Below, in pieces: positions 37,560 through 47,726 of a stretch of DNA of 64,000 nucleotides. Position numbers and translations under genes: made by a program. This stretch comes from Candidatus Nitrospinota bacterium M3_3B_026 (GTDB lineage: Bacteria; Nitrospinota_A; UBA7883; JBPRGF01): positions 247,695-311,694 of the forward strand of contig JBPRGF010000023.1 of assembly GCA_051418015.1 (NCBI GenBank), given 5' to 3'. The number at the start of each line of letters is the position of its first letter. Position 1 is the stretch's first letter. Under the pieces are notes generated by a model. It was not told the origin of the DNA, searched no databases, and saw nothing but the letters and a program-made list of their open reading frames with translations.

Positions 37560-38003
37560 GTGATGAGAAGAAAAAACGCCGTGAAAAACTCCGGTTTCAC
37601 GCTGATCGAGGTGCTTGTGGTGGTGGTCATCCTCGGCATCCTGGCGGCGGTGATCGTCCCCAGGATAATGGGCAGGCCCGAGGAGGCCCGGCGAACGAAG
37701 GCGGCCGTGGACATAAGGTCCATAGAGACCGCCCTCAGCCTTTATAAAATAGACAACGGCATATACCCCTCCACCGAGCAGGGGCTGTCCGCCCTGGTGG
37801 AAAAACCGGCCACTGGCGAGATACCCAGGAAATGGCGCGAGGGAGGGTACCTCGACAAGATCCCGAAAGACCCCTGGGGCGCCGAGTATGTCTACCTCTC
37901 CCCCGGCGCCCACGGGGACTATGACCTCTCCTCCTACGGCGCCGACGGCGAACAGGGGGGCGAGGGCCGGTACGCGGACATCAACAACTGGGAGATCGAG
38001 TGA
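37560..38003 (+). CDS. gspG: Major pseudopilin
   Basis: [30 protein letters not shown]. Confidence 0.95.
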   Translation: MMRRKNAVKNSGFTLIEVLVVVVILGILAAVIVPRIMGRPEEARRTKAAVDIRSIETALSLYKIDNGIYPSTEQGLSALVEKPATGEIPRKWREGGYLDKIPKDPWGAEYVYLSPGAHGDYDLSSYGADGEQGGEGRYADINNWEIE

Positions 38004-38009
38004 TTTTTC

Positions 38010-38522
38010 ATGCGAAGACGTGGAGGGTTCACCCTCATAGAACTGATAATCGTGATGGTCATCATCGGCGTCCTGGCCGGGATGACGATACCGCGGCTGC
38101 CGGACGTCACCGCCTCCAGGCTCAAGTACGCGTCGCGGAGGATCGCCGGGACCATCACCTATCTTTACGACCGCGCGGCGGGCGCCCAGCTCGTCCTGCG
38201 GCTGACATTCGACATGGAGAAGAACGAGTACTACGTCTCCCTTCTGAACACCGAAAACCAGTTCGAGGAGACCTCCTTCGCCTTCGCCAAAAGGAAGAGC
38301 CCGCCCTGGAGCGTGAGGGTGACCGGCGCGACGACGGCCACGCAGGGGGAGGTCGCCAAAGGCAAGGCGGTGGTCCATTTCTTCCCCAGCGGATACGTGG
38401 AGCCAGCCGTGATCCATCTCGAAGACAACGCCGGGAACGAGATGACGCTCATAACCCACCCTCTCACCGGCAGGGTGAGGATACTGGAGGGATACCATGA
38501 CGTGGAAAGGCCGCAAGCTTGA
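38010..38522 (+). CDS. gspH: Minor pseudopilin H
   Basis: GFTLIEL type III signal, F.PSG motif, position after gspG. Confidence 0.85.
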   Translation: MRRRGGFTLIELIIVMVIIGVLAGMTIPRLPDVTASRLKYASRRIAGTITYLYDRAAGAQLVLRLTFDMEKNEYYVSLLNTENQFEETSFAFAKRKSPPWSVRVTGATTATQGEVAKGKAVVHFFPSGYVEPAVIHLEDNAGNEMTLITHPLTGRVRILEGYHDVERPQA

Positions 38523-38895
38523 CGGAAAAGGCTTCACGCTGCTGGAGATCATGGTTTCCCTGACGATCCTGTCCATAGCGCTGGTTACGCTGCTGGCGGC
38601 GCAGAACAGGGCGCTGATCATGAACGCCGAGGCCAGGACGCTCACCGACGCGGTGACCCTGGCCAGAGAGGAGATGGAGAGGCTCCACATCGAGCCCCTG
38701 CCGGAGCCGGGCGTATCGGACAGCAAAAAGAGGGACGACTACCCCGCCTTCGAGTGGCGGACGGAGATCACACAGACCCCCTTCGAGAACGTGTGGGAGG
38801 CGCGGCTTCACGTCTATTACGCCGGCGAGGAGGAGGGGCGGAGCCTCTTTTCCCTGCGGACATACGTGGAGAGGGAAAGAGAGGAACGGCTGTGA
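38497..38895 (+). CDS. gspI: Minor pseudopilin I
   Basis: GFTLLE type III signal, size and position. Confidence 0.85.
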   Translation: MTWKGRKLDGKGFTLLEIMVSLTILSIALVTLLAAQNRALIMNAEARTLTDAVTLAREEMERLHIEPLPEPGVSDSKKRDDYPAFEWRTEITQTPFENVWEARLHVYYAGEEEGRSLFSLRTYVEREREERL

Positions 38896-39518
38896 ACCGG
38901 AAAGGCTTCACCCTCCTTGAGGCGCTGGTGGCCTCGGCCATCCTCTCCCTCATCGCCGCCATGGTCTTCGGCGCGTTCAGGGGCGCCCTCGAGGCCGGAG
39001 CGGGCGAGGAGGAGCGCTCGGAGCTTTACCACACCTCGAGGTTTATCATCCGCAAGCTCACCGAGGACCTGGCCTCGGCCTCGCTCCTGCTCCATAACGC
39101 GAACGGGCGCTTCGACGGGACGGACGGCGGCGGCGAAGAGGGGGAGGCCGACGAAATACGATTCACCGGTTTCGGGCGCAGGATACTTTTCGCAGGCTAC
39201 GGCTCGGACCAGGCCAGGATAGCCTGGCGCGTGGTCTCCGGGCCGGCGGACACCCGAAAAATCCTCATGCGCAGCGAGGACCCGGACGTTCTCTCCCCGT
39301 CATGGCCGGACGAGCCGGCCGAGGACCTGGACGTCACGGAAAAGCTGCGGTCGTTCAACGTCCGGTACCTTTTCAAGGGCCAATGGCGCGACGAGTTCGA
39401 GTCCGAAAAGACAAACGCCCTGCCGGAGGCGGCGCTGGTGGAGTTTGTCCTGGAGGGCGAGGATGGCCGCTCCATCGCGAAAAGCGCGCTCATCAGCGTG
39501 GGGGGGGGCGCGTCATGA
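38892..39518 (+). CDS. gspJ: Minor pseudopilin J
   Basis: GTG start overlapping gspI stop, GFTLLE, W...(x)..LP C-terminal motif. Confidence 0.85.
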   Translation: MNRKGFTLLEALVASAILSLIAAMVFGAFRGALEAGAGEEERSELYHTSRFIIRKLTEDLASASLLLHNANGRFDGTDGGGEEGEADEIRFTGFGRRILFAGYGSDQARIAWRVVSGPADTRKILMRSEDPDVLSPSWPDEPAEDLDVTEKLRSFNVRYLFKGQWRDEFESEKTNALPEAALVEFVLEGEDGRSIAKSALISVGGGAS

Positions 39519-40450
39519 CGGCTCTTCGTCCGCTGGAAAACAGGGACGGCATGGCGTTGATCCTGACGATCCTGGTGGTGGCGCTTCTCACCATCACCGT
39601 GTTCGGCCTTTTCCACCACTCGTGGATACAGTCCGCCCTGGCGGCCTCTTTCCGCGACGAGACGAAGGCGCTCTACGCCTCCCGCGCAGGCCAGATGGCG
39701 GCCCGGCTCATCCTCGTGGAGGACGCGAAAAACAACATACCCCGCGACGCCCTGACGGACGAGTGGGCCCAGGGGGCGATCCCCATACCCTTCGGCGAGG
39801 GGGAGTACGTCTTCGTGACGATGATGGACGAGTCCGGCAAGCTCGACCTTAACCAGCTCACCTCCGGCCGGGGCTACCCGGCGCCCCGGTGGATAGAGAT
39901 ATTCCGCAGGCTGCTCGTCCTCCTGGAGCTGGACCCCGCCCTGGCCGACGCCGCCGTGGACTGGCTCGACGCGGACTCCATCCCCCTTCCCTCAGGCGCC
40001 GAGAGCCCGTATTACCAGTCGCTCAAGGACCCCTACCCGGCCAAGAACGGCAAGCTCGACTCCCTGGACGAGCTGGCGCTGGTGAAGGGCTTCGAGCCGA
40101 AGGTGATAAACAGGATCAGGCCCTACGTGACCGTATGGTCGGACGGAAGGATAAACGCGAACACTGCCCCGCCTCTCGTCCTGCTAGCCCTCGATGAAAA
40201 CATGACGGAGCAGATGGCCCGGCAGATAGAGCGCGTCCGGGCGGAAAAGCCCTTCAACAGCAGGGGAGACATAAAACGCATCCCCGGCATGAAGGACATC
40301 TATCCCCGCATAGCCCTGTCCATCGACGTGAAAAGCGGCTTTTTCTCCGTGGAGTCGGCCTCCACGTTCAACGAGACGACAAAAACCATAAGGGCAGTCT
40401 ACCAGCGCAGCGCCTCCGGGACGACGCCCCTCCATTACAAGGTTTACTAG
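39515..40450 (+). CDS. gspK: Minor pseudopilin K
   Basis: GMALI signal lacking E5, DESGKLDLN, DWLDAD, GAE..YY, EL..VKG, INANTA. Confidence 0.92.
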   Translation: MTALRPLENRDGMALILTILVVALLTITVFGLFHHSWIQSALAASFRDETKALYASRAGQMAARLILVEDAKNNIPRDALTDEWAQGAIPIPFGEGEYVFVTMMDESGKLDLNQLTSGRGYPAPRWIEIFRRLLVLLELDPALADAAVDWLDADSIPLPSGAESPYYQSLKDPYPAKNGKLDSLDELALVKGFEPKVINRIRPYVTVWSDGRINANTAPPLVLLALDENMTEQMARQIERVRAEKPFNSRGDIKRIPGMKDIYPRIALSIDVKSGFFSVESASTFNETTKTIRAVYQRSASGTTPLHYKVY

Positions 40451-40451
40451 G

Positions 40452-41879
40452 ATGCCAGCCAGGTTTTTCGGAGTGGAGATCGACGCGGACCGCATCGCCG
40501 TGGCAGCGGTGGAAAAAAGGCTTCGGGGATACGCGGCGCGGGGTTTCAGAAGCGCGTCCATCGAGGGCATGAGCCGGGAGGAGGCCGCGGCGGCCCTGGC
40601 GGGCTTGATGGCGGAGCTGGACTATGACCCGGACGACCACCACGCCGCCGCCATATTCCCTGGCGGGAAGCTCTCCAGCAGGACCATTACCGTCCCGCTC
40701 ACGGGACGCCGGAGAATCATGGAGACGCTGCCCTACGAGATCGAGACCGGCGCGCCCTTCGACGCGGATGAGCTGGCGCTGGATTACATCCCGCTGGAGT
40801 CGTCCGAAAAGGGAACAAAACTCCTGGCGGCGATCGCGTTGAAAAGGGACGTGGCGGATTTCCTGGATATATTCCACAGCGCCGGGATCGAGCTGGAGAT
40901 GGTCATCCCCGCCCCGCAGGCCGTCCCCGCGGCGCTGGCCGCCGCGATGGAGGACGGGAAGGCGCGTCTATTTTTTCACATAGGGCGGCGCTCCACGGAT
41001 ATCACGTTGACAAACGACGGCCGGGCCGCCGCCTTCCACAATGCCGCCGCCGGGGAAACGACCACGGAAGCGCTGGCGGATTTTCTCGTCCTCGAGAGCG
41101 AAAGACTCAAAGAGTCCGGCCGCCGCGCCGGGCTGGACGTCGATGTCCACGAAGCGCTGGTCTCGGGAGCGGCCGCCGCGTCAAAAAGTCTCCGCGAATC
41201 CCTCGGCGAAAAGCTCGGCGCGAGGGTCGAGGCGGCGTCTTTCCCCCAGACGCCGGAGGCGGCCCCGGAGTTAGCCGCCGCCCTGGCCGGGGCGCTGGCC
41301 CTTGCCGGAGCCTCCGGAGGAGAGGTGATGAGCCTCTCCGTCGAGGGGGCGGGAAGGAAAAGACGCTTTTCGAAAGCCCGCGCCCAGGCGGCCGTGGCGG
41401 CGGGGCTGCTGGGGCTCGTGGGTCTCCTTGGCGCGGCCTCTTTCGTCGCGGAGGAGATGCGCCTGGGCAAAAAATATGAAAACCTCAAAAACACTATCCG
41501 CGCGACTTTCCACGAGGCCCTGCCGGACATCAGGAATGTCGTCTCGGAAAAACAGCAGCTCATAAACGCGCTGGCGAAGCTCGAGGAAAAATCGGAGTCC
41601 CTCGGCGCCGCGCTCGAGGAGGAGGACCCCTTCCTGGACAGACTCCTCGGCATAAGCCGCGCGGCCCCTGAGGGGGTTCGCGTGGACATCGACGAACTGG
41701 TCTACGAGCAGGAGAAGATGATCCTGTCAGGCAGGACGGAATCTTTCGAAAAAGTGGAGCTTTTGAAAGAAAGGATCGCCACGGCGCCGTGGGCCGGAAA
41801 GGTCTCCGTCGAAAGGGCCACGGCCTCGACGGCCGGAGAGGGCGTCGCCTTCCGGATAGAGGTGGAGGCGGCGCCATGA
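40452..41879 (+). CDS. gspL: Type II secretion protein L (PilM/PilN-like)
   Basis: Actin-like cytoplasmic part (FGVEID, LPYEIE, IG...T), TM segment, periplasmic domain; position. Confidence 0.8.
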   Translation: MPARFFGVEIDADRIAVAAVEKRLRGYAARGFRSASIEGMSREEAAAALAGLMAELDYDPDDHHAAAIFPGGKLSSRTITVPLTGRRRIMETLPYEIETGAPFDADELALDYIPLESSEKGTKLLAAIALKRDVADFLDIFHSAGIELEMVIPAPQAVPAALAAAMEDGKARLFFHIGRRSTDITLTNDGRAAAFHNAAAGETTTEALADFLVLESERLKESGRRAGLDVDVHEALVSGAAAASKSLRESLGEKLGARVEAASFPQTPEAAPELAAALAGALALAGASGGEVMSLSVEGAGRKRRFSKARAQAAVAAGLLGLVGLLGAASFVAEEMRLGKKYENLKNTIRATFHEALPDIRNVVSEKQQLINALAKLEEKSESLGAALEEEDPFLDRLLGISRAAPEGVRVDIDELVYEQEKMILSGRTESFEKVELLKERIATAPWAGKVSVERATASTAGEGVAFRIEVEAAP

Positions 41880-42412
41880 ACGCTCTCGCCAGCCTGACGC
41901 CGCGTGAGCGGGTCATCGTACTGCTCGGCTCCCTCTTCGCGGTCATCGTCCTCTCCTGGATAGCTGTGTATGAGCCCGCCGCGCAACGCCATGAGACGCT
42001 GGCCAGAAAGATCGAGTCAAAAGAAAGGGAGCTTGCCGAAGTGTCCGCTCTGGCGCGAAAATACGTGAGGATGAAGGAGGGATTCGATAGGCTCAACAGG
42101 CGGCTGAAAGGCCGGCCGCGCGATTTCTCACCGCTGTCGGAGCTGGAGAGCCTCGCCGGCGGCGCCGGGGCGCGGGACAGCGTGGCCTCGATGACCCCCC
42201 TGCCGCCGCGCGATATCGAGGGATACACCGAGTCGCTCATCAAGATAGAGATGGAGAAGACGACGCTGCCGGAGCTTGTCCGCCTGCTCAAGGCCATGCG
42301 CGAGTCCGGCGCGGTCTTCCGGGTGAAAAGGGTCTCCATCAAGCCGGAATACGATGACCCGTCGAGGCTGGACGTCTCCATGACCGTCGCGGCCTACGGG
42401 GCGCCGCGATGA
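41876..42412 (+). CDS. gspM: Type II secretion protein M
   Basis: LTPRER followed by TM and coiled coil; ATGA overlap with gspL. Confidence 0.85.
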   Translation: MNALASLTPRERVIVLLGSLFAVIVLSWIAVYEPAAQRHETLARKIESKERELAEVSALARKYVRMKEGFDRLNRRLKGRPRDFSPLSELESLAGGAGARDSVASMTPLPPRDIEGYTESLIKIEMEKTTLPELVRLLKAMRESGAVFRVKRVSIKPEYDDPSRLDVSMTVAAYGAPR

Positions 42413-43278
42413 GACGGTTCGACATCAACTGGGGCTCCATCATCAAGGGCGCGGGCTACGCCGCCTTTTTCCTCGCGGCGCTGGCCGTCTTCGCCTACGC
42501 GAGGTTTCCCTCCTCCGCGCTGGAGGCGGCCCTGAACAGGGCGGCGGACGACTTTCTCGAAGGGGCGAAGGTGACGGACGCAAGGCTTTCGTTCCCACCA
42601 GGGATAAGGATCGGCGCCGCGTCGCTGCCAATCTCCGGCGGCGGGACGCTGGCCGCCGGCCCTATCAGTGTAAAGCCGCTGTATCTTCCCATCGTCATGG
42701 GCGGCCTTGGAGCAGACGTTTCGGCGGGGCTTCTCGGCGGCGAGGCTTGGATTCGAGGAAAGATCGCCGGGAAGGAAAGGGAGGAGATATCCGTCAAAAT
42801 AAGGATGGAAGGGATCGACCCGGGAAATCTCGAGGTGTGGGAAGGCTTCCCCTGGGGCAGGCTGAGCGGCAAGGTCAGCGCCGAGGGCGCCCTCAGCATC
42901 GTAGAGGGCGACTTGTTCAAAAGCCGTGGCAAGCTCTCCGCCACGCTCTCGGAAGGGATGTTAACGCTAAGCGGCGCGCTGCTTTCCGGCTCCCCCGAAA
43001 TCGGGGTGGAGTCCGGCAGGCTTGACATATCCTATGATTCCGGCAGGCTGACCATCGAGGAGGGGGGGATCAACGGCCCCCAGCTTTCCGCCTCCGTCGC
43101 AGGCGACGTCATTCTCTCCCGGAACCCGCGTTTCTCCAGGCTGAACCTGGAGGCGCGGATGAAACTCGACGGCGGCCTGAAGGAGCGGCTCGGGTCCATG
43201 CTCTACTTTTTCGAGGAAGAGAACGGCGAGGCGGTGATAAAGATCGGGGGAACGCCCGACTCCCCCACCATCCGCTAG
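42409..43278 (+). CDS. gspN: Type II secretion protein N
   Basis: N-terminal TM ending FP, beta-rich body, C-terminal GT...P; last gene of the cluster. Confidence 0.8.
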   Translation: MRRFDINWGSIIKGAGYAAFFLAALAVFAYARFPSSALEAALNRAADDFLEGAKVTDARLSFPPGIRIGAASLPISGGGTLAAGPISVKPLYLPIVMGGLGADVSAGLLGGEAWIRGKIAGKEREEISVKIRMEGIDPGNLEVWEGFPWGRLSGKVSAEGALSIVEGDLFKSRGKLSATLSEGMLTLSGALLSGSPEIGVESGRLDISYDSGRLTIEEGGINGPQLSASVAGDVILSRNPRFSRLNLEARMKLDGGLKERLGSMLYFFEEENGEAVIKIGGTPDSPTIR

Positions 43279-43280
43279 AT

Positions 43281-43308
43281 AGAGATTCTTCGTTTCGCTC
43301 AAAGTGGC
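43281..43308. repeat. Degenerate REP-like palindromic repeat half-unit
   Basis: AGAGATTCTTCGTTTCGCTCAAAGTGGC; shares a CTTCG...CGCTCA core with 1886-1925. Confidence 0.35.
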
Positions 43309-43319
43309 GCGACGGTCTT

Positions 43320-44078
43320 CTAGATGGGGTTGTGGATGTCCACGAACTGGACATCGACTCCGAACTCCTCCTCCACCAGCCGTCCCAGGGCGATGATCCC
43401 GAGCCGTTCGGTCGCGTGATGTCCCGCGGCGATGTAGTGTATTCCCTCCTCCCTTGAGAAGTGGTACACCCACTCCGCCTCCTCACCGGTGAGATAGACG
43501 TCCGCGCCCCGCCAGGCCGCCTCCCGGACAAGCTCCGGCGCCCCGCCGGAACAGACCGCCACCAGCTCCACGTCCCCCGGCCCGAAGGCGTAATGTCTCA
43601 GGTCGGGGTTGATCTTCTCTTTCACGGTCTCCACCAGCCCGCCGATCGACACGCGCCCTTCCGTCCGGGCCATGCAGCTTATGCTCTCGCCCTTGTAGTC
43701 GCCGAAAGGCTCCGGGTCCACGAGCCCCAGCGCTCTCACGAGCTGTATGTTGTTGCCCACCTCCGGGTGGCGGTCCAGCGGCAGGTGGTAGGCAAGCAGC
43801 GACATATCCTTTTCCAGCAGCAGTTTCAGCCTCGTCTTGCGGCTTCCGCGCACGTCCCTCGGCTCTGAGTCCCAGAACAGGCCGTGGTGGACGATCACCG
43901 CGTCGGCGCCTCTGGCCGCCGCCTCCTCGAAAAGGGCCGCGCAGGCGGATACGCCTGTCACTATCCGCTCCACGGCGCCTCGTCCCTCCACCTGCAGCCC
44001 CTTGGGCAGGTAGTCTTTTATCCTTTCCACTCCCAGGTAGTCGTCAAGATAGGAGACTATTCGCTCAAGCTCGGCCAT
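43320..44078 (-). CDS. Nif3-like dinuclear metal-centre protein (YbgI/DUF34)
   Basis: GLQVEG, VHHGLFW, YHLPLD.H...GNN, SGG, TGE, AGHHATE. ATG 44078 behind GGAGG. Confidence 0.93.
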   Translation of the reverse strand: MAELERIVSYLDDYLGVERIKDYLPKGLQVEGRGAVERIVTGVSACAALFEEAAARGADAVIVHHGLFWDSEPRDVRGSRKTRLKLLLEKDMSLLAYHLPLDRHPEVGNNIQLVRALGLVDPEPFGDYKGESISCMARTEGRVSIGGLVETVKEKINPDLRHYAFGPGDVELVAVCSGGAPELVREAAWRGADVYLTGEEAEWVYHFSREEGIHYIAAGHHATERLGIIALGRLVEEEFGVDVQFVDIHNPI

Positions 44079-44253
44079 GCGACCTCCTTTGCGTTCGGTC
44101 CTGTTTTTTTTCCTTCCAGCCTCTAATCTACCAGAAGCCGGCGCCTGATTTCCCGCCGATCCCCCTGGCGGGGAAAAGGCGCCCCGGCGGCGGACATGGT
44201 AAAATCCGGGGAAAAAGTTTCCGCCAACGACGAACCGGGAGTTTTTTATTGCC

Positions 44254-45231
44254 ATGAAATTTCCAGAGTATAGGCCGCGAAGGACGCGCGCTTCCGAAAA
44301 CATCCGCCGAATGGTCCGGGAAAACAGGCTATCCACGGACATGCTGATCTACCCCATGTTCGTGACGCATGGGAAAGGAGTGAGGGAAGAGATAGGCTCC
44401 ATGCCGGGCAATTACCGCGTCTCCGTCGACAAGCTCAAGGACGAGGTCAGGGAGGTGGAGTCTCTCGGGATCCCGGCGGTGATCCTTTTCGGCATACCGG
44501 AGACCAAGGACGAGAAAGGCTCCGAGGCCTACAACCCCGACGGCGTCGTCCAGCGCGCGATAAGGGAAATAAAAAGCGCCTGCCCGGACCTTGTGGTCAT
44601 AACGGACGTCTGTATAGACGAGTACGCCACCCACGGCCATTGCGGCCTTGTTGGCGAAGGGGGAAAAATTCTGAACGACGAGACGCTGGAGCTTCTGGGC
44701 GCCATGGCGCTGACCCACGCGCAGTCGGGAGCGGACATCGTCGCCCCGTCGGACATGATGGACGGGCGGATAGGCGCCGTCCGCATCGCCCTGGACGACA
44801 ACGGACACAAGGACGTGGCGATAATGTCATACGCCGCCAAGTACGCCTCGGCCTTCTACGGCCCCTTCAGGGACGCGTGCGGCTCCGCCCCGCAGTTCGG
44901 CGACCGCTCCTCGTACCAGATGGACCCGGCAAACGCCCTGGAGGCCATCCGCGAGGTGGCGCTGGACATCGTGGAGAACGCGGACATCGTGATGGTGAAA
45001 CCGGCCCTGCCGTACCTGGACATAATAAGGATGGTGAAAAGCCAGTTCAACCTGCCCGTGGCGGCCTACAACGTCTCCGGCGAATACTCGATGATCGAGG
45101 CCGCCGGGCGGCTGGGCTGGCTGGACCGCGACCGGGCGATGATGGAGGCGCTTCTTTCCATCCACCGCGCCGGGGCGGGCATGATCCTGACCTATTTCGC
45201 CAAGGAGGCGGCGAAGATACTGAACAAGTAA
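44254..45231 (+). CDS. hemB: Porphobilinogen synthase (ALA dehydratase)
   Basis: [46 protein letters not shown]. Confidence 0.96.
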   Translation: MKFPEYRPRRTRASENIRRMVRENRLSTDMLIYPMFVTHGKGVREEIGSMPGNYRVSVDKLKDEVREVESLGIPAVILFGIPETKDEKGSEAYNPDGVVQRAIREIKSACPDLVVITDVCIDEYATHGHCGLVGEGGKILNDETLELLGAMALTHAQSGADIVAPSDMMDGRIGAVRIALDDNGHKDVAIMSYAAKYASAFYGPFRDACGSAPQFGDRSSYQMDPANALEAIREVALDIVENADIVMVKPALPYLDIIRMVKSQFNLPVAAYNVSGEYSMIEAAGRLGWLDRDRAMMEALLSIHRAGAGMILTYFAKEAAKILNK

Positions 45232-45258
45232 CGCGCGGACGAAGACGGGAGAAGGCTT

Positions 45259-45687
45259 ATGGAGATGAACCTTACCGGTTGGAAAGCGGTCGTGGCGCTC
45301 TTGGTGGTGGCCGCCGTGGGAGGCTTCAACTTCTTCGCCATGGAGGAGGACCTGCATGGCGAGGTGGCGGAGAAGATCGAGTTCGAGCTCATGCCCGAAT
45401 ATCACGGCCCGGACATCGCCGCCTTGAAAGGAGCGGTGGACTCGGGCGACAAGGAGGCTGCGGCGGCGCTGTCGAAAGCTATCACAGGCAGGGAGATCGA
45501 GTTCAAGTCCATCAGCAAGCGCGGATGGGGAGAAAACGTGATCGTCCGCGTGGAGGTCCTGGTCGACGGTCAGACGCCCTACGTCGGCGAGCCGGTCCGC
45601 TATTTCAAGTTCAGGTATTCGCCCGTCTTTGGGTGGCGCTATAAATATGAGACCTGGTGGCTGAGCTACTACCTGAAGCTATGGTAG
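45259..45687 (+). CDS. Hypothetical membrane-anchored protein
   Basis: N-terminal hydrophobic helix, SD GGAG, host-like codon usage, aromatic C-terminus. Confidence 0.7.
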   Translation: MEMNLTGWKAVVALLVVAAVGGFNFFAMEEDLHGEVAEKIEFELMPEYHGPDIAALKGAVDSGDKEAAAALSKAITGREIEFKSISKRGWGENVIVRVEVLVDGQTPYVGEPVRYFKFRYSPVFGWRYKYETWWLSYYLKLW

Positions 45688-46128
45688 CTCCGACGTGTCC
45701 AGGACGAAGGTCACAGGCCCTTCGTTCGTAAGGCTGACGCTCATCCTCGCGCCGAACTTCCCCGCCGCTACGGGGACGCCGAGAGAGCGCATGGTCTCGG
45801 CGAACTTTTCCACCAGCGGCTCAGCCTCCGCAGGCGGCGCGGCCTTGTCGTAGCCGGGCCTTCTGCCCTTGCGCCAGGAGCCCAGCAGGGTGAACTGGCT
45901 GACCACCAGCGCCTCCCCCTTCACGTCGAGAAGCGACCGGTCCATCCTCCCCGCCTCGTTGTCGAATATCCGCAGGTTGGCGATCTTGCCGCAAAGGTAT
46001 TCTATCTCGCGCTCTCCGTCGCCTTTGGCCGCACCGAGGAGTATCAGGAGCCCGCGGCCGATGGCGCCCACGGTTTGCCCGTCCACCGTCACCCTGGCCT
46101 CGCTTACGCGCTGGATCACGGCTATCAT
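45679..46128 (-). CDS. dtd: D-aminoacyl-tRNA deacylase
   Basis: M.AVIQRV..A.V, LRIF, VSQFTL, GRRP, FGA.M.V.L.NEGPVT. Confidence 0.95.
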   Translation of the reverse strand: MIAVIQRVSEARVTVDGQTVGAIGRGLLILLGAAKGDGEREIEYLCGKIANLRIFDNEAGRMDRSLLDVKGEALVVSQFTLLGSWRKGRRPGYDKAAPPAEAEPLVEKFAETMRSLGVPVAAGKFGARMSVSLTNEGPVTFVLDTSELP

Positions 46129-47726
46129 GCTTTCAACCCGGCCTTTCGCGCCATCCTGTTTTTCAAGCCTGCCGCCTCGCGGGAGCCGAGGGCCAGCGCC
46201 GCCAGGAAATACGTGGCCGTTCCAATGATGATCGCCGCCGCGAGGACGGCGGCGCGCTCCGCCGCTCCGGCCTCGTAGGAAAAGAACACGGTGGAGAAGC
46301 CCGCCACGGCCATCCCCATGCCGGCCGCCGCCGCGGCCATCCGCCAGGAGGAGGCGAGAACCCCAGCGCCGTCGATGTCGCCGATCCTCCTTTTCAGAAG
46401 CCACAGCAGGATGAAAAGGTTGGCCATGGACGAGATCGACGTCGCCAGGGCCAGCCCGCCATGGGCAAGATAGCGCATGAGGATTATATTAAGGGCGACA
46501 TTGAGCGCTATGAGCCAGGACGCCACACGTGTCGGCGTCTTCGTGTCCTTGAGGGAGTAGAAGGCCGAGACCACCACCTTCACCCCGGAGAAAGCGAAAA
46601 GGCCGATGGAATAGAAGATCAGCGCGAAGGCCGTCCCATCCCGAGCCGCCTCACCGAACTCGCCGCGCTCGAACAGGACGTTCGTGATCGGCCCGGCGAG
46701 GACAATCAGGCCCACCGTCGCCGGGATGGAGATGAACAGCGTCAGGCGCAACGAGTGCGACAACAGCTCCACCAGCCTCTTTTCGCCGTTGGCGGCCACT
46801 TCTCCGGACATGGAGGGGAGAGCGGCGATCCCCACCGCCACGCCGAACACGCCGAGGGGGAACTGGGTGATCCTGTTGCCGTAGTAGAGGTAGGAGACGC
46901 TCCCCTCCGGCAGCAGGGACGCAAGGAGCGTGTCCACCAGGACGTTTATCTCCGCCGCGGCCATCCCCAGGGCGGCTGGAGCCATCAGCGCCCCCACTTT
47001 CCTGACGCCGGGGTCTTTCATGTTGAACGAGGGGACGTAGCGCCAGCCGAGCCTTGCGAGGGAGGGCAGCTGTATGGCTATCTGGAGAAATCCCCCGGCG
47101 ACGACGCCGATGGCGAGCGCCATGGTGGGCTCGGTCAGCCTGCCGTGGAGGGCCAGGGCGGATGTGATTATCGCGATGTTCAGAAGGGCCGGGGCGGAGG
47201 CGGGGACGAAGAAACGCCCCATGGAGTTGAGCATCGCCATGAGGACGGCGGCGATGGAGACCAGGACCAGGTATGGCAGCATGATCCTGGTAAGCAGGGT
47301 GGTGAGCTCGAAGACGCGGGGGTCGTCCGTGAACCCCGGCGCGATGGCCCGGACCAGCCAGGGGGCGAAAATCTCGGCGGCGACGGTGAGTGTCACGAGC
47401 GCCACGGCGCCTATGGAGAGGATGTCGCAGCCCAGCCTGAACGCCTCTTTTTTCCCCTTTTTCCGCAGCGTCTCGGTGAAGACCGGGATGAAGGCGGCCG
47501 TCATGGCCCCCTCGGCGGTGAGCCGCCGCATAAGGTTCGGAATCCTGAAAGCGACGAAGAAGGCGTCCGCCACGGCCCGCGCGCCGAACAGGTGGGCGAT
47601 TATCATGTCCCGGACGTAGCCCAGGACTCTCGATATCAGGGTGGCCGAGGCGACGGCCCCGGCGGCTTTCGTGATTTTCTCCTTCGCGGCGGGCTCCTCG
47701 GTTTGGCCCGGGGGCTCAGCCGTCAT
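46125..47726 (-). CDS. murJ: Lipid II flippase
   Basis: SRVLG.VRD, DAF.VAFRIPN..RRL.AEGA, QFPLGVFG, FYS.KDTKTP. Confidence 0.95.
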   Translation of the reverse strand: MTAEPPGQTEEPAAKEKITKAAGAVASATLISRVLGYVRDMIIAHLFGARAVADAFFVAFRIPNLMRRLTAEGAMTAAFIPVFTETLRKKGKKEAFRLGCDILSIGAVALVTLTVAAEIFAPWLVRAIAPGFTDDPRVFELTTLLTRIMLPYLVLVSIAAVLMAMLNSMGRFFVPASAPALLNIAIITSALALHGRLTEPTMALAIGVVAGGFLQIAIQLPSLARLGWRYVPSFNMKDPGVRKVGALMAPAALGMAAAEINVLVDTLLASLLPEGSVSYLYYGNRITQFPLGVFGVAVGIAALPSMSGEVAANGEKRLVELLSHSLRLTLFISIPATVGLIVLAGPITNVLFERGEFGEAARDGTAFALIFYSIGLFAFSGVKVVVSAFYSLKDTKTPTRVASWLIALNVALNIILMRYLAHGGLALATSISSMANLFILLWLLKRRIGDIDGAGVLASSWRMAAAAAGMGMAVAGFSTVFFSYEAGAAERAAVLAAAIIIGTATYFLAALALGSREAAGLKNRMARKAGLKA

